Part shown: positions 52,109 through 64,000 of the stretch, piece by piece | Numbering within the stretch: position 1 is the first letter of the stretch | Layout of the letters: each line of letters opens with the position of its first letter | DNA from: Macrostomum hystrix | Taxonomy: Eukaryota; Animalia; Platyhelminthes | Length of the DNA stretch: 64,000 nucleotides | Direction of reading: 5' to 3' | Assembly (NCBI GenBank): GCA_950097015.1 | Contig: CATNEN010000024.1 | Span: 1,302,001 to 1,366,000, forward strand | Notes under the pieces: model-generated | Told to the model about the DNA's origin: nothing | The model's database searches: none | The model's input: the letters and a program-made list of their open reading frames with translations, nothing else | Translations under genes and position numbers: made by a program

Positions 52109-52123
52109 CGAAGTTTCACGAAA
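52109..52123. promoter_or_regulatory. Perfect three-unit heat shock element
   Basis: cGAAgtTTCacGAAa matches nGAAnnTTCnnGAAn; a two-unit TTCacGAA also lies at 52182-52189. Confidence 0.65.
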
Positions 52124-52335
52124 TTAGCAGAAGTGTTATGTGACGTTTTGTAACTCGTTTATAACGACAAAAACATTAAAGTTCACGAACTACTGATATT
52201 CCTTTAAATGTTTTACTGTATCGAAAGCGAAGTATTAAAAAATATTAATATGTCTTGGCGAATTAAATTTCTACAATATAAAATGAACTATATTTTTTTA
52301 ATTTTTTGCTTTATTTAAAGTATGCCATTAAGGTT

Positions 52336-52388
52336 ATCAAGCTAGACGGAATTAATTCTGCTCAGGTCAAGGAGCTGCGTGACAAAGC
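52336..52388 (+). pseudogene. 53-nt inverted fragment of HSP90B1 coding sequence
   Basis: 48/53 identical to the reverse complement of 50937-50989, including 31 contiguous matches. Confidence 0.85.
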
Positions 52389-54512
52389 AAAAATTTTAGG
52401 TCTATGTCTTCAAACTTTCGTTTAATGCGTCGAAATCATGTCCTTCAAAACTTGATCAGCCATTTAATATGTGCAATTATAAGCTTTAATGTGAACAGAA
52501 TTTCATAATAATTTCTAATTCTTAAGTCCTACTTCCCAATTCCAAAAAATTATGCCTTTGGCTTTAGTTTTAAGTCACTTTTCAATGCCTGGTGTTTTAA
52601 TTTAGCTTGCCAATACGATAAAGTACGGAATGGTACGGTTTGTGCGCATAGGAAATAATTACACCCAGGACATCTAGGCCGCTAATAAATCGTACTATAA
52701 AAGAGCGAAATCGCTTTAAGTTCGAAATGTAATTCTAAAGTTTATCAGAAAACTGTTACTGTGAATTTAATTTTTGTCGAAACTAAATGAAAAAAACTAA
52801 CCGAGACTATATACCTGCAGCAAACCGAGATAATCGTGTCGGGTCGATGCTATGGTCAGAAAATTAAATGTTGGTCTATCACTAGAATATTATTTGTAGA
52901 CTGCAAGCTCAAGAACTTGCATGCACATTAAGACTTTGAGAGTAGTTCAGAGGAAGTGATTTTCTGCCTTGGCGATTACTTTACAATGACCACTAGTAGT
53001 TAGTAGTCCTTGTTACTTTTTTACGACCAGGCACTTTGTAAAAATATTGACTTGCCAAAATATTATTACCTTCGAGATAAAAGGCAAAGCTGCTGTTCAC
53101 ATTACAGAGCAGGAAAATGAAGCCAATAATCAGTATTTCATTGTATTGTTATGTACGAGCCATAATAGACATTTAATACTACGTGTAAAAACATCACGCG
53201 ATTTGGGCTAATTAAACTCACAAAAGTACGACCGTATTATGGAATCAGTAAAAACCAAAGTACACTACTATTCGTGTAAAATTAAACCTAGATTTTATAT
53301 TAATGCGAAAAAAGTACACATTTATAAGTGTGCAGATTAGATTTTGGTTTTCACGAAACACGTGTACGAATGCATCCACTGTACAAACAATTAAGACTAT
53401 TCTCAAAATGGGTCAACTAATAAGAGACAAGATAAAAATGCATGCATAACATGTTAGTGCAGATTAAGATTTTGTGCCAAATAAAGTTTTTTAAAGCCAA
53501 AAATACTTCCCGCTGAAGAAAACGTGCAACCCATCAATGACTTTCGAAAGACAAAAAGCTGAGAATGGCAAAACGGCTTATCGATATTTACAGAGGAAAG
53601 CTATATGTACAATTGCTGTGCTACTTAATAAGAAGACGATTACATGTTGATGTAATAAGAAAAATTTTGATTATAAATGTGCTTACCGTCTACTAACAGT
53701 AAGCTGCACGCAAATTTAGCTTTATAGCAAGTTAGAGGAAACGTTTGATCGGATCTAGGGAAAAGATCACATCTAGAAATAGCTCTGATTTAACTAGCCA
53801 TGGTTAGGTCAATAAAAAATAGTAAAATGAGGTCAGCACGATAAATGATAGCAAATAATATATTTTCTATGCCTGTTTAGAGCATACAAGAACACGCAGT
53901 ATATAGACATAATGTTACTTTCTAATTGTAAAGCCGTTTGGCATTGGCTTAACAGCTAAACTGGCGGATTCGAACCCATGAGCTGCAGAAATATTCAACG
54001 ATTCACAAGAACCACAAATTTAGGCATAATCTTTCTGCTCACAAAATTTAATCATTTGACCATGTCGGCTATTTGGATTGATAACATTGTTACTATTTCA
54101 TTTTTGAACCAATATGGATTCGCCATAGAAGTTGAAACAGAACATTGTTACTTGTTCTTGTCAGCAGGGTCTTCGTCAAGAATCGCAGTATATCTCGTCG
54201 ATGCTGATTCGGATGGCTTTGAAAGTCAGTTCATCGAAAGGACCATATGCTGATCCATGTGGTGGACTTTCAAGAAAATCTGGTCAAATCAAGAAGATTA
54301 GGACTAAAAAGACAGTGCAACAGAATGTATAATTAAAAAGTTGCGGTGGATGAAGAAAAATTATGGTAAGCTTAATTTTGTTTCTAGATAAAGACACCAG
54401 AAGAAAAAGTAAGTAGAATAAAAAAGGGGATTAAAAATCAAAAGAATGACAACACTCTCCAGTGCGCAGTTAATTTTTCGTATATCGTTTCAAGCCGTGA
54501 CAAGCTGAACAG

Positions 54513-57500
54513 TCAGCCAAAGCTCATTGCGTCGCGCAATCTTTGAACTATGAAATCTGAGCCAGCCTTGGCATCGCGGCTAGTCAAGCTGAAATTGAGA
54601 AAACCGTGCGGCAAATCCGACAGCACGTCTAGCCGAACTGGCCGGCCCAGATCCGACAGTTTCCTGGCCAGCATGACACTGTCATCCAGGCAGGGATCCA
54701 GACGGCAGGCCACCATGTGGATTGGCGGCAGGCGAGCCAAGTCGGCGTCATCAGCCAGGAATGGACTCATGAACGGGTCCAATGGAATGATAAACGGACC
54801 GGCAATGCGAATCTTAGTTAGCGGAGTTTCGATGGGGCTCTGGGCGAAATGGCGCTCCCCCATCTGGGCTAGGAAGTCCAGATGGTCGCGAGATCGCTGC
54901 TGATGCCGCCGCTGCGGCCTCGGCGATTGCAACTGCTGCGGCAGCGCCGGGGCCGATCGACTAACCGGCAGGCCGACGCCGCTAACTGTCGTCTTTAAAG
55001 ACGCAACGACGTCGGCAGCGTCGGCTGTGGACCAGTCGTCCCAGGAGAAGATCTCGTCAGATTGGGCGCTGGAAGGAGCCGGAGCGCCGTTGCTGCCGAA
55101 GCCAGAAGCCGATGATGCGGTCGCGTTGGCGGCCGAAGCCGCAGCAGCCGGTCCGTCCTCGGCCAGCTGGCAGAGCAGCGACGCCTCGTCGATGCCGGCG
55201 TAGGCAAGCAGGCAGCGGGTGAGGATGCCAACAGGCAGCAGGGGATCCATGATGGCCATTAGTCGCGATGGCGATGGCGTGAATCGAATCAGGGCGGGTG
55301 TGTAGATTGGCAGCAGCAGGTCCGGCGGCCGAATGCCGAACTGGATGCAGCGCACGCTCATGGATAGGATTAGATTTCCTCCGGCCGAGTCGCCAACGGC
55401 AATGATTCTCTGGCCGGTGCTGCCCAGAGCGCGACAATTATTCAAGCACCAGGCGTAGCTAAAGAATACTTCTTCTAGGGCACGCGGAAATGGATTCTTT
55501 GGCGCCAGCGAGTAGTCAACGCTCAGTATGGGACAGTCCAGATCCCTAGCCCAGTGGCGCAGGTAGACCTCTTGACTGCGCGAGCTCTGCGCTACGAAGC
55601 CTCCGCCGTGCACGTGGAAGATTAGGCAAGGGGAAGGTGCTACCGTGTCTGGTGGCAGGTTGCCTAGTAACCAGGTCATGCCGACCCGGGCCCGATGACA
55701 GAGCAGGCGGCAGGCGACGGTGTCCGGGCCGCGATGAGCGACAGGCGGTGCGATGTTCACTTTGTCTGGAATCTGATGTACAGGCATGGGTTGGGATGGT
55801 TGCTTAGGCTGTGTAAGTAATGCGGCGATTCCATGTCATTAACGTGCTCGTCAGAAGACAATTCTTTCAATTTCTTCAGTCCCCTGAGTACTTCCATTTT
55901 GGGAAGTGGGAATGGAGTGGGAAGTGGGAAGTGGGAATGGAGCGGGAAGTGGGAATGGAGTGGGAAGTGGGAATGGAGTGGGGAGTGGGAATGGAGTGGG
56001 AAGTGGGAATGGAGTGGAAGTGGGAATAGAGTGGGAAGTGTGAATAGAGTGGGAAGTGGGAATGGAGTGGAAGTGGGAATTGAGTGGAAGTGGGAATCGA
56101 GTGGGAAGTGGGAATGGAGTGGGAAGTGGGAATGGAGTGGGAATGGAGTGGAAGTGGGAATCGAGTGGGAAGTGGGAATGGAGCGGGAAGTGGGAATGGA
56201 GTGGGAAGTGGGAATGGAGTGGAAGTGGGAATGGAGTGGAAGTGGTAATGGAGTGGAAGTGGGAATGGAGTGGGAAGTGGGAATGGAGTGGAGGTGGAAA
56301 TAGAGTGGAAAGTGGGAATGGAGTGGAAGAGGGAATGGAATAGGAAGTGGGAATGGAGTGGAAAGTGGGAATCGAGTGGGAAGTGGGAATGGAGCGGGAA
56401 GTGGGAAGCGGAGAACGTTTTAGAAGCGTGAATAGATCACTGCGGGATCAATGCGGTACGAATCCGGAATTTTGAGAACGAACTCTACATCTGTAACAAA
56501 CATATTTCGATAGGGTAGGTAGGACGACATTTCTGAAAACACGAGACCTTTTAACTCGAGAAGACAGATGTTTTTTCACATGCCCACAATCGCAGATAAG
56601 ACACACGCGCCTACTAAAAGACAGCCAGCAAAGTCTAACTATCAAACGGCCCGGCCACACTGCGGGGGTGCAAGGTCGTGCCGGGTTAACAGTGTCTAAA
56701 GCCCACACTCTACTAGTGACGTCACCATAACACGCGTACACCTGTGCGACTCTAAATACAAATTCTAACAAATATTCAAAAACCACTCTGCTTCACAAAT
56801 TGTCATTTAGGAATGCGGTCACTTTCGGAATCACACGTCGTTGCGGCATAACTAAATGGCTAATGGGGACTCAGATTGGGTGAGCCCAGGATTCTGATTT
56901 AAGAATCCCAGGATTCAGATTGATGAATACCTGGATTCAGATTTAAGAATCCCAGAATTCAGATTCATGAATACCAGGATTCAGACTGAAGGATCCCAGG
57001 ATTCAGATGGATGAATATCTGGATTCAGATTTAAGAATCCCAGGATTCAGACTGAAGGATCCCAGGATTCAGATGGATGAATATCTGGATTCAGATTTAA
57101 GAATCCCAGGATTCAGACTGAAGGATCCCAGGATTCAGATGGATGAATATCTGGATTCAGATTTAAGAATCCCAGGATTCAGATTCATGAATACCAGGAT
57201 TCAGATTTAAGAATCCCAGGATTCAGATTGATGAATACCAGGATTCAGATTTAAGAATCCCAGGATTCAGATTCATGAATACCAGGATTCAGATTTAAGA
57301 ATCTCAGGATTCAGTTTAAGAATCCCAGGATTCAGATTCATGAATACCAGGATTCAGATTTAAGAATCCCAGGATTCAGATTCATGAATACCAGGATTCA
57401 GATTTAAGAATCCCAGGATTCAGATCGGGGAATCCCCGGATTCAGATCGGGGAATCCCCGGATTCAGATCAAAGGTTGAGGAATTCCAGAATTGCAATAA

Positions 57501-58925
57501 AATTCAACACACCAAGTTATTTTCTAAGCCGAAGAACTTGGAAACTAGAGACTGGAATTCGGACCAAAAGTGAGCCTAGAATCCCCAGAAGAGTCAGTAA
57601 AGGAATGGGCCTACATACCTGAGAATAGAAGGCACCAGGTGACTGAGGCAGCACGCGTGGAAGCTGAAAGGCGGTTGGCGGTATGTGAAACACCTCACTA
57701 ACAGCTGGCGAGGGGCACATAATCATTGGCAGACTCTGAAAGAACGGATTCTCGGCGCTATTCCAGAAGCTTAGACAGAAATCCACCGTGGCATTCCGCG
57801 TCATGCTGACAACGGTTGCCGCTCGACCCTCGTGATCGTACAAGTGGCGACTAGAATTAGCCAGGGTGCTAGCCCACTTGGCCAAGCCGCGCCTGTCTCT
57901 GTTCTTATAGTCCTCGGCAAATGTGGCCATGCCAATGCTGATAGCCAATAGGGTGGCGTGCACAGAGTCGCAGAATTGAAATCCCAAGCAGCGGCCGTAG
58001 AAGCACTCCTGCGATATGCACTCGGCTTGCAGCATTAACTCCTTGGCTTCGGGATCTGTTGTGTACACTGATTCGTCAACGAATAGGGAGCCCGGCGAGC
58101 TAAATGCTGGCAGACGCTCAGCGTAATGCAGGCAGTAGTGCAGCTGGTCCAAGCAGGATACGTAGGCCTTGAGGATGGAGGCAAAAGCAGTGCTTGGGTT
58201 GTTAGTACAGTGAGTAGATGGTGAGTACAGTGAGTAGATGGTGAGTACAGTGAGTAGATAGTGAGTACAGTGAGTAAAAGGCGAGTACAGTGAGTAGAAG
58301 GTGAGTACAGAGTGAATTCCAATGGGTGGAGAGTGAAACACAATGGGTAGAGAGTGAATTTTAGGGGTGAAGAGTGAATTCCAACGGGTGTAGAATGAAT
58401 CCCGATGAAATGTGGAGTAAATCAAGACAGTATAGTGATTGAATGAAAGTGGATAGACAGTGATTCAGGCTATATACGTAAGGATTCATCAAGCAATCAA
58501 CTCAGCCACCGCGTTACCTTGAGCTCCCTCTGATAATGGCCAGCTCGGAATAGCAGCGACTGCCGCCCATTGCGCACATGATTAGCGACAATCAACAGGC
58601 GCCTGCAGCAGCGCTCGGTGACGTATAGTAAGCTGCGATATCCGTTGGCTCGTAGGCCCCCAAAATCGTACTGCCTGGCTAAGCCGAACAATGACTCGGA
58701 CAATGGTCGAATATTGCTATCAATGAGGTCAATGAGTTTGCCAAACTGGCTGGCAAATTTAGCCTCAGTATCGCCAGTCAGCGCCTCGTAGTGCTGCAGA
58801 TTATCGGAAGCGCATTGGACTAGCTCGGCTAACAGGCTCTGAAATTCAGTCCTGTCGGCTTCGTCCAAGCGAAGACAGTCGGCGTCGGAAAGACGCGGCT
58901 CCAACGAGCTGCACAACAGTGTCAT
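54513..58925 (-). CDS. LIPE: Hormone-sensitive lipase, 3 exons, about 750 aa
   Basis: Exons 58925-58518, 58167-57619, 55808-54513, all phase 0. HSL N-domain (ANGYRSL, FYGRCLGFQF), HGGGF, GDSAG, LDPCLDD, LPHGF catalytic triad. Confidence 0.93.
55901..56407. repeat. G-rich minisatellite, about 18-nt unit, LIPE intron 2
   Basis: GGGAATGGAGTGGGAAGT and variants. Confidence 0.93.
56885..57470. repeat. 22-nt multi-variant minisatellite, about 26 units, LIPE intron 2
   Basis: Conserved GATTCAGA frame with at least five core variants. Confidence 0.93.
58204..58310. repeat. 20-nt minisatellite, about 5 units, LIPE intron 1
   Basis: Unit GTGAGTACAGTGAGTAGATG. Confidence 0.9.
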
Positions 58926-61364
58926 CGCTGGCGGGGTGGAGACTGCAATATTGTCAAGAAAAAAGGAAACAATAGAAAGACCACGCTATTTTCCCTCTGG
59001 GGAAAGACCACGGGGCTATTTTAAATGTCCACTGCCTACTTCACGGGTTAGGGCTGCATTCCCGAAGCTTTTGTTGAAGGTCCCGACAGGCGCTGCCGAT
59101 GCCCCAGATGGTGATGGAGGGAACCCTGGAGACTGGGAATCTGGGATGCTGAGAACAAAGGTCAGACAGATTGACATGCTTTGTGGAGCCGACATGGTTC
59201 CATTGTGAGATTTTGTGAGCAGAATTTTTTTCAAGTTTTTGCCACTTGACACCATAATGAGAATCATTGAATAACTCAACAATGCCAATCTTTTGTGATT
59301 CTGGAAGTTGTTTGATCAGATAGAGCTTAGAGTTTTAGACTGGATTTCTGGATTTTAATAGCAATTAGTTGGATATTTTAGGTAAAAAAAGATAAATACG
59401 GGTATTTGAAATGCCATGTGGTCCATTTACAGGTAAGAAGTTATTCACAGATTCATAGAGACTCTAGCAAACTCATTCAAGAGTAAAGTAAGCAGGCAGA
59501 CAAGCAAACAACAGAACACCAAACTTTCAGATAGAGGTTTAAATTTCATGGCTTTTTGTAATTAACAAATAAGAAATCATTCTTAGCCAACACAATTTTT
59601 TTTCATGCATTTTGGTTTGCCCACAATGAACTATGTATACCAGAGGCTTAATTGGTAAGTAATCAACTTTAGGGATTAGAAATAGTAGGGTCAGTTAAAG
59701 TTTTGGTTGAGTTTTCAATTCAAAATTGAAAATGCAACAAATGGCCATCTCTAGTTTGTTAATGTATTTTAATCCAAGAACTCGCATGCAAGGCAGCCAT
59801 TCACCAGGTGTTTAAATTAAGTACATGGCAGCTATGCATATAGAACTCTAATGTTAAAATGTAATTGAAACTATGTAAATGGTCTGTCAAGGGGGGAAAT
59901 GGCATAGAAGCTTAAAAGTCACAAAAACTTTAAGCTGCTTTTAACTTAAAACCAGTCAAGTTGCTTTCTATAAAATTTCCTACTTAATTTCATTATCCTA
60001 CTAAATTTTCCATAACTGCATTCAAATTACCATAACTTAAATTGGGTACATATCAAAACAAATGATATCTTGATGAGATAATGGTATCTAATTAATTATT
60101 ACATAAAGTTGTCTAAAGTGTGCTGTGAACAAGTGCTTTTTGTGTTAAGTACCAAATTTGATTATTAAAGACAATTAATTTTTTTCATGAGTCATGTTAG
60201 ACTCTAGGCACATTAAAGCTTAAGGTATGCTTTTTAAGCTGGTAAAATTGAAATGGCTAATACAATATGTATTATATGCTATTTCATGTAGCTAGGTGTC
60301 AGATTATTGTATGTCCAAAATGGCTCTACTTTCTATTTTCAACTACTTTAAAAAAAGAATTCATGTTTATGTATAATATCATAAATTGTACTGTTTTGCT
60401 TTTCCTCTTTTGATAACACACTTATATGTTGTTGATTAATGTAAAGTGTGTCATGGACATTAAGTTTGAATTAAAGTTTAAAATTATTTCATGAGAGTTA
60501 AAAATGCATACACAATACACAAAATGCGATACACAAAAAACACAGGGTGTCTGGCTGCCATGGATGCAATAAAAATATTGGGTGAATGGCTGCCATACAC
60601 ACAAGCTCTATATTTTAATAGGGCTTCAAATTCAGCCTTATTATAACTTACTATAATGAGTCGTGATTGAGTCTTACTAAAGCAATAGTTTTGCTATGTT
60701 GTTACACAAGGAAATAGCAAAAAAGCAAGCTATATAGTTAAATATAGGTTCAATATATATGATATGAAATATGAAATAGTTTATGAAATATAAACCATTT
60801 TGGTAAAAAGTAATTAAAAATAAAAAGTTCACTAAAAACTAAAGAGCATTATTTAACTTGAGACAACTCAAGGCAAAATAGCTGCTTAAATGAATAGGGC
60901 CTAACTACTTAACTTTACAAAAGCTGATACTTGTCTAGCCTGCTCTTGCATCTAGTCTAGTATATATCACTAGGAAACTTTAGCCTATATCAATATTTTA
61001 TACTAGGCCTACTTACTATTTAGTCCAGACTTCGATCGTTTTTATTAAAGTTGAAAGTTAAAAGTTAATGAAATGTAATATAATTATTGTTTAATATACA
61101 ATTTTTTGCTTACTGAGTAACTGAGGGCTATTTCTGTAAAGGAATCTATTAAAATTACAACATAATATAATGTCATGAGGTAAGGTATAATGTTTATGTT
61201 TATAATTAATGTAGATTATACAGACAGCCATATAGAATTTATCCAACTCTAGAGGATCCTTATTCCTTGATGTACTGTACTATCTATAATTAACTCTTAC
61301 ATACATTCTAGACTATACTCAGGTCAGAACCATTAAGATGGACTAAAATTGTATTGCTGTTTAA

Positions 61365-61527
61365 TAGGGTGGCCTCAAGGGCGTAAATTGCAGGAGCGAC
61401 AACCTCCTACGGCCCACGCATACTCTACGCGGCTGCGCACTAATTTAATGTGGCCTCAAATCGGAATCGAGCACGGGGACCACTCGCTGCGAGAGGCAAA
61501 CGAGTCTACCGCGTAACCACTCACCCC
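61365..61527 (-). mobile_element. tRNA-derived SINE-like remnant
   Basis: Minus strand GAGTGGTTACGCGGTAGAC...GCCTCTCGC...GGTCCCCGTGCTCGATTCC resembles a degenerate tRNA head with A and B boxes. Confidence 0.4.
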
Positions 61528-62436
61528 GTATGAATCTCATTAGGCCTACTTAACACGATTCGACTTGAGGATTATCAGTATGTGCTTTCCTAGAACTCAT
61601 TAATTACAATTTCGTACGAACGGGTCAAATTTTAAACTTGTAACTTATTGGAATTACAGCAAAAATATAAATTTTCTGCCGAAGTTGCGGTTTTCATATG
61701 GTTAAAGTTATGCGTATTACTGAATTTACAGGGTGTTTTATATTTTATATATTTATATACTATGAGACTTGTCTCCCTGTTGCTTCGACTAAAAGTAAAT
61801 ATTCAATTCCTGCGCGCTAGATACTGTGCACAAGCATTGCGTTAGTTAGTATTAAAAAATGAGAAACGAAAGGTAGCAGGAAAATCGCATAATTTTGGAA
61901 TTTTCAGCACCGTTTTTGTCCGGTACTTGATAATTGCTTGATTGACCTGAAGTTCTGTGTTTAGTGATGAGATTTGTCTTCCGAAACGCACGTACCACAA
62001 TATTGTCACATGTGTGGACGGCGTATCAAATTTGTCTCTTTGTTTTTAATTTTACTGTCTTTTGCAGTATTTTTTGTTGAGATCGATGTCACTAGCATGT
62101 ATGCAAGCCTCATTTAGAGTTTAACATTAACCGCAAGCTTCATGGTGAACATGACACACGGCCTAATATGAAAACATCTCTACTTAAATTAACATTGTCA
62201 GTTTGAAAATTAGATTTCGAATAGACCGCTAATAGCTAACTCAACTGCACATACAAGAAGTACCTGTATATTTTATACCGGACTAGAATACTTCGGCTTA
62301 AGGTTATTCATAATCAAAATATTAAGCATCGGCTAGACTTTCAACAAACAGCTCAATCAATAAATTTCAAAATTTGTCTAATGGATTTTAGCTAATTGTC
62401 ATAACGATATGGTGCATGAGTTTACAGGCAAATGTT

Positions 62437-64000
62437 TTACGTACTTCTGTCTCTGCTGCCAATGGTACCTTCAGCTTCTGTGGATTGCATTGTTAGCTCT
62501 GTGTCATCATATTCGTCCAATTTGTTGGCCCGATATATTGGCGCTGATACAACAGGAGTCGAAGTAACAATCTGTGCCGGATCCCCAGGGCGCTCTGAGT
62601 CAAACGCCGTGTCATTGCGCTGGGGACCGCCCATCAGCTGCAGGATGTGATCGTCTAGGTCACGGATGCGACCGGAAACACACATAAGTTGAGACTGCGA
62701 CTCCGACTGCGATGTCCCAGGTGTCCCAACTGCAGTTTCAAATATTTCATCTAGCTCCCGAACCCTCAAACCTAAAAGAGCGATTCGTCGTTCAATGTTA
62801 AGCCTGAATTGCGCATCATTGGTAAAACATTTTTCTGCCTGCTTATTCATCCAGGATGTGCAGTATAAATGCAATCTCGACTGTTTCGCATTTAAGTTGC
62901 TATTGTAACAGGCGATTCTAGCATTCAATATGTCCACTTTGGCCAGAAGGAGCTCCGCATCGGCTCTGCTTTCCTGAAGCTCTCTGGTGAAGTTTGCATT
63001 CGCTAGCTCCAGACTGTGCATCTCTGAACTGAGATTTCTTATTTGAAGATTCAGCGACTGAATTGTGTCATTCTGCTCTTTTATTCGTACAGTGGGTTCA
63101 TCTAGAATGCAGTGCTCATCCGCCTCAGGATTATTGACAACACGACTAGCCATCGCTGACTCAATATCGGCGTCCTTCTCTTTAAGATAGTCCAATGTGG
63201 TCAACAGCTCGCAGCGTAAATTTTCAAGCTGCGCCTCACCAGCCTCTCGCAAGGTTGTCTCGTGTGTTATCTGTTGCGCCACACCGCTGAGCTGCCGTGT
63301 CAGCTCATTTAGCTGACCAATTCGCGAATGAAGCTCCCTTGCCAGATCAATTGTTGATGGTTTTCCAGTTGCATGACGCTTTTCCAATTCTGCTAGTTTC
63401 AGTGACTCTTCTTTGGCTTTGTCACTCAAAGCGCAAATCTGATTGCGAAATGAGTCCAGCTGGATGCTTCTAGTTCTGAGCTCGGACTGCAACTCGCTCT
63501 GGCGCTTATCCATTTTATCGATCTGTTTTTTTATTATTTTTCTGATAGCCTCGACGTGCTTGCTATGCTGCTCCGCATCATTCTGCCTGGCCGCAGTCAA
63601 TATGGAGACCTGGTCATTAGCGGCATTCAGTCGAGTTTCTAGCTCTGCGAAACGTTGGTTATCAAGCTCTCTGGCTTCGTTCAGTTTAGAAATTTGTCCA
63701 GTTGCAGCATTAAGTTCAGTTTTTACACTCTCCAGTTGCTCGGTTCTCAACGTCTCAATCTGTTTAATAAAGTGATCCGCTTCAGAACATCTGGCCTGAG
63801 TGATGTCTAATATCTCGGCTCTAGCAGCATCACGCTCAGTTCTCATTGCATCAAGCTGTTTGTTAAACTGCTCCTTTTCGAAAATTCTGGCCTGAGTGAT
63901 GTTTGATATCTCAACTCTACCAGCATTGAGCTCAGCTCTCATTGTCTCAAGCTGTTTGTTGAGATGCTCCGTTTCAAACTGTTTGGTCTGAGCAATTTTT
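62437..64000 (-). CDS. Coiled-coil protein with about 32-aa repeats, 5'-partial
   Basis: Frame stays open from 63942 to the right edge; heptad-rich, with repeated ITQAR...KQ(L/I)(D/E)..RTE units; no family recognised. Confidence 0.75.
   Translation of the reverse strand, partial: KIAQTKQFETEHLNKQLETMRAELNAGRVEISNITQARIFEKEQFNKQLDAMRTERDAARAEILDITQARCSEADHFIKQIETLRTEQLESVKTELNAATGQISKLNEARELDNQRFAELETRLNAANDQVSILTAARQNDAEQHSKHVEAIRKIIKKQIDKMDKRQSELQSELRTRSIQLDSFRNQICALSDKAKEESLKLAELEKRHATGKPSTIDLARELHSRIGQLNELTRQLSGVAQQITHETTLREAGEAQLENLRCELLTTLDYLKEKDADIESAMASRVVNNPEADEHCILDEPTVRIKEQNDTIQSLNLQIRNLSSEMHSLELANANFTRELQESRADAELLLAKVDILNARIACYNSNLNAKQSRLHLYCTSWMNKQAEKCFTNDAQFRLNIERRIALLGLRVRELDEIFETAVGTPGTSQSESQSQLMCVSGRIRDLDDHILQLMGGPQRNDTAFDSERPGDPAQIVTSTPVVSAPIYRANKLDEYDDTELTMQSTEAEGTIGSRDRST

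Noticed and set aside
59016-59288. 90-aa ORF as an N-terminal extension exon of LIPE
   Set aside because: The best donor is phase 0 while the acceptor at 58943 needs phase 1; UTR exon or noise

Overview
This is eukaryotic (animal) genomic DNA, not prokaryotic: standard code, GT-AG introns, GC-rich intron-poor genes with poly-Ala/poly-Gln tracts, and AT-rich or minisatellite-filled non-coding DNA. The style suggests a free-living flatworm such as Macrostomum, but that is inference only. Twelve host genes were found, ten on the minus strand: an HSF (missed by the ORF track, runs off the left edge), SEC23 (6 exons), THOC1, SPB1/FTSJ3 (3 exons), a 645-aa orphan with 18-aa repeats, a DMGDH/SARDH/PDPR-family flavoprotein (+), an Evi1/MECOM-type zinc-finger gene (+), a TSC22-box-like gene, ABTB1 (4 exons), HSP90B1/GRP94 (ending in a 15-nt KTEL coding exon), hormone-sensitive lipase (3 exons) and a partial coiled-coil gene at the right edge. 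Mobile DNA comprises an internally deleted Helitron with both termini and a nested hAT-type MITE, an IS630/Tc1/mariner element with an intact ORF, DD33E spacing and 195-bp IR-DR ends, and tRNA-derived SINE remnants. About 17 non-coding minisatellite arrays are present; 8 of 15 coding introns carry one, and one 51-nt unit occurs in two different SEC23 introns. Most long repetitive ORFs in the track are artefacts of these arrays. The best leads are the intronic minisatellite pattern, a possible trans-spliced operon-like cluster, the HSE+ERSE promoter and inverted self-fragment at HSP90B1, and the DD33E transposon. No CRISPR array, rRNA or true tRNA gene is supported.
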